Shown in pieces: positions 48,279 to 57,224 of a stretch of DNA of 64,000 nt. Below the pieces are notes generated by a model, which was not told where the DNA came from, did no database searches, and worked only from the letters and a program-made list of their open reading frames with translations. The DNA is from Candidatus Thorarchaeota archaeon. Lineage in GTDB: Archaea; Asgardarchaeota; Thorarchaeia; Thorarchaeales; Thorarchaeaceae. A program made the position numbers and the translations under genes. How positions within the stretch are numbered: the stretch's first letter is position 1; every line of letters starts with the position of its first letter. Where the stretch lies: the NCBI GenBank assembly GCA_011364905.1, contig RDNZ01000004.1, positions 1 to 64,000 of the forward strand, read 5' to 3'.

Positions 48279-49085
48279 ATGAATCTCAGTGACAAGAAGC
48301 TTTGGATTTTTGATGTCGACAATACCTTGATCAAAGACATAGAACATCCAAAACCGTTCAAGGATGCACTGACTCTCTGGAAAGCGTTGAGCGAGAAGGG
48401 GTATGAGCTGGCAATCCTTACAAATGTGGGTCGTCTCTCGTCGAGACAAGTTCAAAAATCTCTTGCAAAGGCAGGTTTTGAAATTCCCTCCGACCGTGTA
48501 TTTACTGCTGGAGCTGCTGCTGCTGCTTATGTGCATAACAGGTCTCCAGGAGCAAGGTGTTTTGTAATCAGTGAAGGTGGAGCACGGGAAGATTTCGTAG
48601 CCAGGGGTCTTGATGTGACAAACAATCCCCCAATCGACTTTGTTGCAGTTGGAGCGGACCGGGGAATGACCTTCGACGAGTTGAACTTTGCCACAAAGAT
48701 GGTAAAAGAGGGTTCACCTCTGATTTGTATCAGTGGGAGTCGTGATTATCCTGGGGTCTACCTTGGAACAGATGGCATATTCATAGGCGAGCGTTCCATT
48801 GTTGCTGCAATAGAAGATGCAACAGGAGCACAAGCAGTAATAGTTGGAAAGCCACTCCCTGAGATTGTAGTTGAAACCGTGAAAATACTGAATCAGCAAT
48901 CCTCGGATACTGTTCTTGTTGGAGATAATCCGAATTCGGATATTGCAGGGGGCAATGCAGCAGGTGTGACGACGGTCTTGGTTAAACGGAATCCAGATGA
49001 TATTGTACCCTACGACTCTGGGGACATGGATGCAACCCCGTCTGTGACTGTCAAATCTTTGGATGAGTTGATATCGCAGATCTAA
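48279..49085 (+). CDS. HAD-IIA (NagD-like) hydrolase
   Basis: Motifs FDVDNTL, LTN, GKP and VGDNPNSDIAGG. Confidence 0.9.
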   Translation: MNLSDKKLWIFDVDNTLIKDIEHPKPFKDALTLWKALSEKGYELAILTNVGRLSSRQVQKSLAKAGFEIPSDRVFTAGAAAAAYVHNRSPGARCFVISEGGAREDFVARGLDVTNNPPIDFVAVGADRGMTFDELNFATKMVKEGSPLICISGSRDYPGVYLGTDGIFIGERSIVAAIEDATGAQAVIVGKPLPEIVVETVKILNQQSSDTVLVGDNPNSDIAGGNAAGVTTVLVKRNPDDIVPYDSGDMDATPSVTVKSLDELISQI

Positions 49086-49128
49086 GAGACTCGCAATACT
49101 CAAAGGGATAGAAACGAACAGACTCCTC

Positions 49129-49821
49129 ATGAGTCATACCAACGTCCCTCATGTTCGTTTTGAAGTTCACCGACCCGGTCTAAGTGTTGCTATGTTCATC
49201 CTTGATGAACTGCGTGTTGGTTCATCTACATCATCGTTTGAGGAATATGAGAAAGAAACCTTCAAGGAAATAAGATCTCAATCTAATCTTGATGATGTGA
49301 AGGATGATCCAATATTTCGTGCCTATCGTGACCTCTACTGGACCTTCGGTATGGATCCAACCAAACTTCGAGTTTCAAGTGAAGCAGTTTTACGAAGGAT
49401 TCTCAAGGGGTTGAATCTTTGGAGAGTATCAGATGTTGTGGACATCATTAACTTGGCCTCAGCATATCATAAAATTCCCATCAGTCTTGTTGATGCCTCA
49501 AAGCTTTCGGGTGGTTTTGTGGTTCGGAATGCTATCAAGGGTGAGCTTTTTCATCGCATAGGAGGAAAAACAATTGTCTGTCGAGGGAGAGAGATTGTGG
49601 TTGCAGATGATGAAAAGATTGTTTGCTTTGGTTTTGCAACGCATGATTCGGAACTCACCATGATCACTCAGGAGAGTAGCCGCGTGTTCGTTCTTCTATA
49701 TGGTGCTGAAATCGTCGATCGAGAAATGATGGATACTGCATTAAAGATTACACTTGATATGATTGACCAATGGCTTGATTGTCGAGTCTCAGTGCCATAT
49801 TTCTTCGAAAGCAAATCTTAG
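49129..49821 (+). CDS. Stand-alone B3/B4 (PheRS-beta editing-like) domain protein
   Basis: Motifs RAYRDLYW..G.DPTK.R.SSEA.LRR and VVDIINLAS. Confidence 0.85.
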   Translation: MSHTNVPHVRFEVHRPGLSVAMFILDELRVGSSTSSFEEYEKETFKEIRSQSNLDDVKDDPIFRAYRDLYWTFGMDPTKLRVSSEAVLRRILKGLNLWRVSDVVDIINLASAYHKIPISLVDASKLSGGFVVRNAIKGELFHRIGGKTIVCRGREIVVADDEKIVCFGFATHDSELTMITQESSRVFVLLYGAEIVDREMMDTALKITLDMIDQWLDCRVSVPYFFESKS

Positions 49822-51797
49822 AACTCAAGGAATGGCTGCCCCAGGACTATCCTTTCGAGAAGGCTGTTTTTGTTTGCGCTATCAACCATCAGTTCAAACT
49901 GTTTCTTCAAACGAACCTCATCAATATATTCCGGTTCTTTGATACCCATGCTATCAATCACCAGTTTAAGCATGTAGTCAAACTCATAAACCAGATAGTC
50001 TTCCTTGCGCGTCTTCCCTTTACGAGTGACTTCCTTTTTGACTTTCTTCGCTAGTCCCTGTTTGAGCGCCTCTCTTGTTTCAGTCAAGTAGAATGACATT
50101 GACTTTTCATAATGAAGCTCTCCTCTCTTGACCAGTTCTTTTAGGAATTGCAGTCCGAATGTCCTTCGTGCAATAGCTTCAATTCTAGCCACAAAGCCAT
50201 TGACTATATCCTCATAGGAAAGTTTCCCAGCTTGCCCCCTCGTTTCAAAGACCTTATCTTCGGGTTTAGCACTCTTAAACTTCTGTTTCTTCTCTGCCAG
50301 GATTCGCTCTTGTTCCAGTCTAGCTGCTTCATCAGCTTTCTTTTGTTGTTCCTCTAATCGTTTCCTTTCAGCTTCATTCTTCGCTTCCTCAATTTGCTTC
50401 AGCTTCGCAAGTCGTGCTTTCTCTCTTTCAGCTGCTTCACGTTTCTCCTGTGCTAGACGCTCTTCTTCAAGCTTCTTCAGGACTTTTTCCTGCTGTTCTC
50501 TCAGCTTCTGCATATGTTTCTGAACGTCTCTCTCAGTGAGAGTAATGTGCTTTGTAAGAAGCCAACGAACTCCTATGTGATTGACCTTGGGTTTGAGGTC
50601 TGCTGACGAGAAAATGAAGCTTGCAGTTTGTTGACCTGGAAGTTGGGTGATGATTTCTTCAGAATCTTTCTCTCCAGCAATTGGTTCTAGGATTCGTTCC
50701 AAAACTTTCAGCGATTGTTCGCTACTAATTCGACCCGCGGATATTGTATTGAACTGCTCAAAGGCCTTGTAGTCTATGTCCTTTGGACTCTGGGTCGCAA
50801 TAAGACACTCAATTCCGTACTTACGTGCCTGCCTGAAGAGAAGCAAGAATGTTTCTTTTGGACCAGGCGCTTTCATCCCCGCTGGAATGAATGGTGCTGC
50901 TTCATCTTGGAAAATCATCATTCTTGGTTTCTCTGTAAAACCTTGTCGAAGCATCCAGGAGTATAACTGGTTTAGAACAATTGAAATGAAGAAGTGCTTC
51001 TCCTCTTCACTGCGAAGAGTCTTCAAGAATATTACATTGATTGGTGTTTTTCCATCTACAGGTTTTGTTAGATCATCGAAGTCTATCCCTCCTTCTTCTT
51101 TGAAAAGAAGTTGTGACGACCCGACAGTCAAGCTTCGGATGCGTGTGGCAAGCGTTTGTCTCTCGGAGAACTTCATGAATGGTTCAAGGTCAACGCCGGC
51201 AGTTTCCTTGTCAGCCACAAGCATATCGGCAAGTTCAGATAGTTCATCAACATCAGTTTTTTCGCCCTCCCAAATAGTCCTTAGAAGTTCATAGATGACC
51301 GCAAAGGATTTGCCCTCCCATGACCTTGACAAGCCTCCAACTTTCGTTAGGACCTTTACAAGTGTTCTGGAACAATTGTCAAGCAACCGAATGATATCAT
51401 CCTGATCTGCATTCCTATCTGGAAGCTTCAATGGATTGATAGAAATCGCTAGTCCTTTACTGCTAGCAGGAGTATAAACGCGAACGATAACCTTGTCCAT
51501 ATACTCCTTCAATCGGTCTGGGGGTACTCCTTTCTCTGCAAGTTCTTTTGGGTCACCTGGCAGCATTAATGATGCTATATCACCTTGAGGATCGAATGCC
51601 ACGACTGGAATACCTTGCATTGCGGCTTCTTCCAAGATGCATTTGGAAAGGACTGTCTTCCCTGATCCTGTAGAGCCAAAAACACCTCCGTGTCTGCGAA
51701 GGAGATCCACACTGATCTCGAATCTCTCCTCAGTCCTCTTTCCTTCTTCATCAAGTTTGAATCCAAGCCAGAGTGAATTTGCCATTTCTAACACCAA
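49818..51797 (-). CDS. HerA/FtsK/VirB4-superfamily ATPase with charged helical extension
   Basis: Motifs RHGGVFGSTGSGKT, DPQGD, FQDEA and RKYG...ATQ. Confidence 0.88.
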   Translation of the reverse strand: MVLEMANSLWLGFKLDEEGKRTEERFEISVDLLRRHGGVFGSTGSGKTVLSKCILEEAAMQGIPVVAFDPQGDIASLMLPGDPKELAEKGVPPDRLKEYMDKVIVRVYTPASSKGLAISINPLKLPDRNADQDDIIRLLDNCSRTLVKVLTKVGGLSRSWEGKSFAVIYELLRTIWEGEKTDVDELSELADMLVADKETAGVDLEPFMKFSERQTLATRIRSLTVGSSQLLFKEEGGIDFDDLTKPVDGKTPINVIFLKTLRSEEEKHFFISIVLNQLYSWMLRQGFTEKPRMMIFQDEAAPFIPAGMKAPGPKETFLLLFRQARKYGIECLIATQSPKDIDYKAFEQFNTISAGRISSEQSLKVLERILEPIAGEKDSEEIITQLPGQQTASFIFSSADLKPKVNHIGVRWLLTKHITLTERDVQKHMQKLREQQEKVLKKLEEERLAQEKREAAEREKARLAKLKQIEEAKNEAERKRLEEQQKKADEAARLEQERILAEKKQKFKSAKPEDKVFETRGQAGKLSYEDIVNGFVARIEAIARRTFGLQFLKELVKRGELHYEKSMSFYLTETREALKQGLAKKVKKEVTRKGKTRKEDYLVYEFDYMLKLVIDSMGIKEPEYIDEVRLKKQFELMVDSANKNSLLERIVLGQPFLEF

Positions 51798-51897
51798 TTA
51801 TCTTGTTACATCTCTCAGGTTTTAAGAGCCTTTTCAGTATTACTTCAATGCAAAAAGAGAAAGAGTGGATGAAGAAAACTTCATCCAACCTATTCTT

Positions 51898-52533
51898 CTA
51901 TTCTCCAACTGGTTCATATCTTCTTCCAAGGAAGAACACAATTAACACAACTAGAGCAAATGCAAGTAGAAATAGCCCTCCAGCTGCCCATCCATAGGAG
52001 AATGTGTTCTTTATTATGCTCAAGGCAAGATAGACACCAGCCATGATTACACCCAGAACAAGCGAGACAAGCATGAACCTAGATGTCATTTCTTTTACCT
52101 GTCCTGTTTCAGCTCCCACAGCAATTTTGCTACCGAAGAAGACGAAAACAAAGAGGAATATGTATGCAATGACAATCATTGTACCCATATCAAATAGATA
52201 GCCTTGTGTGACTACATCAACACCCTCCAATAATCCAAAGGTCAGGAGAGTCGCAAGTGCGTGAATGTAAACAAGCATGTTTGATACAAGCTTGTCATCA
52301 GGATTCACAAATCCCGTTATTTCGGTAAAAGTGTTAACGATGCTGATAATTAAGACAACTCCCAATACGGCAAGTGCCACCGCCCATATATAGAAGGGAT
52401 ACAGCAACTGTGCTGGGGTTGCAGAAAGTGAATCAAGGATGTATTTCAGTATTATCGCGAAACCAAGTGCAGCTAGTCCGATTCCGGATAGAAAATTTCC
52501 AATAGTAATGACCCTAATCATTATCTCCTCCAT
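51898..52533 (-). CDS. Hypothetical 6-TM membrane protein
   Basis: Hydrophobicity pattern. Confidence 0.78.
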   Translation of the reverse strand: MEEIMIRVITIGNFLSGIGLAALGFAIILKYILDSLSATPAQLLYPFYIWAVALAVLGVVLIISIVNTFTEITGFVNPDDKLVSNMLVYIHALATLLTFGLLEGVDVVTQGYLFDMGTMIVIAYIFLFVFVFFGSKIAVGAETGQVKEMTSRFMLVSLVLGVIMAGVYLALSIIKNTFSYGWAAGGLFLLAFALVVLIVFFLGRRYEPVGE

Positions 52534-52613
52534 GAGGTAGAGTAATTATCACAAACAGGCGCTTGTTTCTATTAACTCTTTGCTAATTCCTTGATAATAC
52601 ATGGAGAAGTTTC

Positions 52614-53828
52614 TCAATCCACTTCAGCTATTACAGGTGCCGCTTCCTTAAGGAAGTAGGTACCGATGCACGCGATTGCAATTAGAACAGCGACGAGGGT
52701 CGCCAAGCCCGGGAAAAGACCTCCCATTTGATAAGCAACCTCTGCAGCAAAAGGTCCAATTATCATCCCTGAGCCAAAGAAGATGCTATAGACCCCCATA
52801 GTACTTCCACGCGCTTCCTCACTAGAAATGTCTGTGAGATATGCCATTGCTGCTGGTGGGAATGATCCTGAAATGAATCCAAGAATCGGTAGAGCAGGCC
52901 AAATCGACCATACCAACTCGAACTGGTTTGCATTAGCAACAAGAACATAGGATAGAAGACCAAAACCAATTAGACCCGCCACGATGAATGGTCGTCTCTT
53001 CATTACGTAGTCTGAGAGGTGCCCCATAACGATGATTCCCAGAAGTAATGATACACCTAACATTGCGAAGAGGATTAGCATATCAGTTGCAGTTAGGGAA
53101 AAGTAGTCCTCGATAATCTGTTTTAGTTTTGAGATCATAATACCATAAAGAGAAATGATTGGAACATACACGGGAAGCATCAGTTGAATTCGCCTATCAG
53201 TGGCTACTTCTTTCAAAAGGTGTGTCATGCTGACCTCATCTGTCTCTGAAACAACTCTAGTTTCCTTGATCAATATCACCGCGAGAATTCCGCTTAACGT
53301 GCAAGCTCCTGCAGCCGCAAAGAGAAGAATGTTGGGTGCTAATCCAAATTCAAGTAAAATAATGCCTAGACCAAATCCTCCTGCAAGTCCCGCAAGAGTT
53401 GACAAGTCATAATAGCCCATCAGTCTAGCTCTGTTGGTTTCTGATGAAGCATCAGCAATAATTGATAATGTTGATGTCACCTGTGATGCAGCACCAAGTC
53501 CAAAGACTATAGCTAGTATGTATGCAAGAAACTCAAAAGTGGCAATACCAAACATGAAAGCCGCAAAACCCGTCATGAACAAGCTTGCTACAAAGATTGG
53601 TTTTCTCCCAATCTTATCACTATAAGAGCCAAAGAATGAGACTGTACTTAATTCTGAAACTGGATAAATAGCGAGAACTACTGCTACACCCCATCCCTGC
53701 AAAACTCCACTCATGTACGCGTCACTTGATATCACTGCTATTGTTACATAGAAGGATGCACGCATTATCAATGTTACAAGGTATAACATCATCAGTGTCA
53801 GAAAGTGACCGGATTTTCTAAGTCCCAT
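52614..53828 (-). CDS. MFS transporter
   Basis: 12 TMs with motif A GSYSDKIGRKP and GHLSDYVMKRRP. Confidence 0.92.
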   Translation of the reverse strand: MGLRKSGHFLTLMMLYLVTLIMRASFYVTIAVISSDAYMSGVLQGWGVAVVLAIYPVSELSTVSFFGSYSDKIGRKPIFVASLFMTGFAAFMFGIATFEFLAYILAIVFGLGAASQVTSTLSIIADASSETNRARLMGYYDLSTLAGLAGGFGLGIILLEFGLAPNILLFAAAGACTLSGILAVILIKETRVVSETDEVSMTHLLKEVATDRRIQLMLPVYVPIISLYGIMISKLKQIIEDYFSLTATDMLILFAMLGVSLLLGIIVMGHLSDYVMKRRPFIVAGLIGFGLLSYVLVANANQFELVWSIWPALPILGFISGSFPPAAMAYLTDISSEEARGSTMGVYSIFFGSGMIIGPFAAEVAYQMGGLFPGLATLVAVLIAIACIGTYFLKEAAPVIAEVD

Positions 53829-54050
53829 CCATTTGCTCTCCTTTAAAAGGTGGTCTGGCCCATGCGTTAGTGTTTATAAGCTTGGCAGTTTGGCACTTGA
53901 ATCATAGCAGGTTATTAGAACTCCTGGGAATTTGATGCCAAGAACTTGTCTTCCTGGCCCGGTTTATGTTTTAGGGCTTGTAGTACGTCTCTTTCTTTCA
54001 CGAAGGGTTTAAATCGCACATTAGAGGGAAACACCTCACGGTGGCTTGAA

Positions 54051-54821
54051 TTGAGCTGGGTTGCTAAAATCATCAATGGAAAACCTGACGAGTACACCCA
54101 TGCGAAGTTGGTAAAGTATGGTATAGGCACTCATCCAGGTCCGAGGATCAAACTTACGTTGAGTAAGACTAGTATAAAATTCAAGGCTGATTTGGACCAA
54201 GAGAAAGATATTCTCCGCGGCTATCTTCTTGGTGCACCTCGCGGGTCTCACAAAGTGAAAGGAATGATAATCACTTACGCTGACCGACAGGAAGACTATG
54301 CCCGACTGAATATGCCGCTCACATGGTCACAATCTAAGGGCAAGGGATCCCCTGTCTATAAGACGAAAGTTGATGAAGTAGCACCTATTGAGGACATAAA
54401 AGCACTGTTTGATGTTGACGACCCCACTACCTTCTATCTTCTTTCTATTAATCCAAGAGATGGGACCAAACCATGGAAAGTTGCTACAAAGACATCCTTT
54501 CCGAAGGGTGGCCCCAAAGGTGATGAAGATGAAAGCGATGAGAAAGATCCTGTCTTCACGAAAGGATCCCTAGGGCGAACAGATGAGATGCTTAGGTATA
54601 TTATCGATACCTTTGTGCCAGACTTCAAGGATAAGATAGGGCCAAAGACAAAACAGATAGTAATTCGCAACAATTTTGTCATCGAGGATATAGTGATTCC
54701 CAAAGACTCTTCCCTCAGTTTCTCTGAGAAACGACGTCTTGCAAAGAAACGTGGCAAGCTAATTCGGCTCGTCACCATTGATGGCACAGATCACACATTT
54801 GAGTATGATTTCATTGTATAG
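54051..54821 (+). CDS. Conserved archaeal hypothetical protein
   Basis: TTG 54051 downstream of TTTAAAT (54008) is preferred as start. C-terminus AKKRGKLIRLVTIDG. Confidence 0.7.
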   Translation: MSWVAKIINGKPDEYTHAKLVKYGIGTHPGPRIKLTLSKTSIKFKADLDQEKDILRGYLLGAPRGSHKVKGMIITYADRQEDYARLNMPLTWSQSKGKGSPVYKTKVDEVAPIEDIKALFDVDDPTTFYLLSINPRDGTKPWKVATKTSFPKGGPKGDEDESDEKDPVFTKGSLGRTDEMLRYIIDTFVPDFKDKIGPKTKQIVIRNNFVIEDIVIPKDSSLSFSEKRRLAKKRGKLIRLVTIDGTDHTFEYDFIV

Positions 54822-54889
54822 TCACATGACCGTGACGTTTAAATTCGAAACGATGGGCATGCCCCATACGAAAAGAAAAGGCGATACGA

Positions 54890-55087
54890 ATGCAAGGATT
54901 TGAAGGACTTTACTTCCCAGTTTCACTTCTGTTCATCTTTCTAGGTCTGTTTGCTGCAAGCTGGTTAATCATTCACATTGAGCACGGTCGCCACTTCTCG
55001 AAGTTCAAGGTGGGGTCTGCGCTTTTCCTAACCTCAATCTTAATTGGATTTGGAATTCACTTTCTCCTTCTCTCTGCTGGAATGTAA
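54890..55087 (+). CDS. Oligosaccharyltransferase subunit OST5/TMEM258 homologue
   Basis: Two TMs. YFP..LLFIFLGLFAASW and SILIGFGIHFLLLSAG match the TMEM258 pattern SLFMGFGVLFLLLWVG. Confidence 0.8.
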   Translation: MQGFEGLYFPVSLLFIFLGLFAASWLIIHIEHGRHFSKFKVGSALFLTSILIGFGIHFLLLSAGM

Positions 55088-55210
55088 GATTCGGCAACAT
55101 TTTCAATTTCGGATTCATTATGAACTAAATACCATTATTTAGTCACTATCCCACTTAATTCTGCTATCCCTCAGTGGAGCGCATATCTTCCAGATAAGAG
55201 GAATCCTGAC

Positions 55211-56398
55211 TTGCTACTTGAACCTGATATTCAGAAACTAGCCATAGAAAGCCGCCAAAGGCTAGTGCAGGAGTTCGCTGATAAGTATGCCAACCTAAGA
55301 GAACGAGTTAAACGAGTTCCAGAAGCAGATGCAAGCAGGATATCAGAAAAACTGTCATGCCCGCTTGAAGTTGCTCTGATAGCATATCTGATTAACATGG
55401 ATGGTATCATGGGTGTGAAGCATGCTGTTGAGCTGCTGAGTGCAGAGCTTCAGCGGAGAGCCGCAGTGGGCGAAGATGTGCCGAATCTTCCTGGGAATAT
55501 TATGGAGTTTGCTCTCACTGAAGGTCGATGGCTTTTACACATTTATGGTAGTTTTGTGCAAGTGCTTGAAACTCAGGTAAGAAGTCTATCAAACCTTGAG
55601 GAAGGGATTGAGGGTCCTTCCATTGATGTTGAGAGAGCACTTTCAATCATCGCGGCGAGGACAAAGATATCTGAAACACTTATCGCTCCTGTCATTGATG
55701 AATGGCACAAAGAACATTCCAAGGCAACCAGCAAAGACGCACTCATCTATTTTGGCCAGGCTATCACAAAATGGAACATTAGCACTCTGAATGGCAAGTT
55801 CCTGCAAATTCAAAGGCGAATTCAAGCACTGTTCAGGGTCCTCAGGGAAAGTCTACTCACCGCGATTGATTCCTATACAATGGATGCAGCAATTGACCGC
55901 ATTGACACTCTTATAGAGGAACTAGGACGGCCATTTGATGAGATGCCCTTGCGGGCTGTTTCTCATTTCTTACTGCATATCGCACCACGACTAGCAACAG
56001 GTCGAGGTGACAGGTCTCCATATGTTTCAGTTGGAGTTTCATCCACAAGAGGAAACAAAGCTGAACCTGATCTCTCTTCTCCTTTTGATTTCCTTGAACG
56101 TGATGTGAAACTGGCAAAGAGAAGGAGAGGGGATGAACGAAACCAATACCTCAAGGAGAGAATTGCACGTGTCATGCGCGTATTGAAGTATCAAGGAAAC
56201 ACAAACTCTGAGAGCCTCGAGCAGTGTTTCAACGAACTCGTCAATCGCCTTGGGGTTGATGTCCCTCAGCTAGGCAGCATCATAGAGAATTCCATGGTAG
56301 CCATAGCAAATGTTTCCGAGTCTGAGAGAGACACTCTCTCGGTGGCCATGATACTTGATTTCATTTCTTCAAATATCTATGGAGAGGAGGCGTCTTGA
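55211..56398 (+). CDS. Hypothetical all-helical protein
   Basis: 395-aa ORF with no recognised motif. Confidence 0.8.
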   Translation: MLLEPDIQKLAIESRQRLVQEFADKYANLRERVKRVPEADASRISEKLSCPLEVALIAYLINMDGIMGVKHAVELLSAELQRRAAVGEDVPNLPGNIMEFALTEGRWLLHIYGSFVQVLETQVRSLSNLEEGIEGPSIDVERALSIIAARTKISETLIAPVIDEWHKEHSKATSKDALIYFGQAITKWNISTLNGKFLQIQRRIQALFRVLRESLLTAIDSYTMDAAIDRIDTLIEELGRPFDEMPLRAVSHFLLHIAPRLATGRGDRSPYVSVGVSSTRGNKAEPDLSSPFDFLERDVKLAKRRRGDERNQYLKERIARVMRVLKYQGNTNSESLEQCFNELVNRLGVDVPQLGSIIENSMVAIANVSESERDTLSVAMILDFISSNIYGEEAS

Positions 56399-57171
56399 GC
56401 CTAGGTCAGAGTCCACTCTATTGGTTGATTGAAGTGGAAAGCTATGATTTTCAAGTAGGCGCATTCAAAGACGCTGACCTTACAGGAAAGGCATTAATTC
56501 TATCTAATCAACTCTGGTCGATAATTCGTGGGACAAAGGTGTATTCCATTCTCATAGGACCAGGAGTTTTCAAAGGTGTTGCAACAAAGGGCGGTATCCA
56601 GGTTGATGTCTTGGAATTTCTCTCAGCGCTCATGTTCGACCCTACAATGCTTCGAGTCGATGAGCCGCTTCCACAGGTAGACATTGTAAATCCTGAGGTC
56701 ATAGATCCTTTAGGTGCGCGTAAACACGAAGAGATTGTCACGGTCATTCGTAATCTAGTTGTGGAGAAAGGAAACATCTTGGCGGCTGATCGTTTGGCTA
56801 CTGTTCAGATGAAGGCCAATGTTCCTCAGACGGCATTTTATGAGGAGATGTATAAGCGAATCAATGTTTCACATGTTTCAGGTCTTCAACGAGCCAAATT
56901 CATTTTGGCTGGCACCAATGGTCCAATGTACAAGCCATTTGTCGAGTATTTCAATGACAGAAAGTTCTGGCAGAAAGAACGAACTAAGGTCATGGCTACA
57001 CCTTTTCACAAGTTTAGTAGCTTCATTGATATCGATATAATGTCTGACTGGATGATTGTGGAGAAAGCTGGGTCGGATTCAAAAACTGGAATCGAAGCCA
57101 TTGGTGAGGAGTTTGAAAAGGCTTTGTCGTTAGTAGAGAAAGAGAGCAATGCCTACATTTTTGAATTATGA
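56395..57171 (+). CDS. Hypothetical protein
   Basis: TTGA overlap with the upstream gene and GGAGAGG SD. Confidence 0.8.
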   Translation: MSLGQSPLYWLIEVESYDFQVGAFKDADLTGKALILSNQLWSIIRGTKVYSILIGPGVFKGVATKGGIQVDVLEFLSALMFDPTMLRVDEPLPQVDIVNPEVIDPLGARKHEEIVTVIRNLVVEKGNILAADRLATVQMKANVPQTAFYEEMYKRINVSHVSGLQRAKFILAGTNGPMYKPFVEYFNDRKFWQKERTKVMATPFHKFSSFIDIDIMSDWMIVEKAGSDSKTGIEAIGEEFEKALSLVEKESNAYIFEL

Positions 57172-57224
57172 TGCAACCACAAGAGTCTTTGGTGAAAAGT
57201 ATTGCACACGATTGAGGACTCAAA

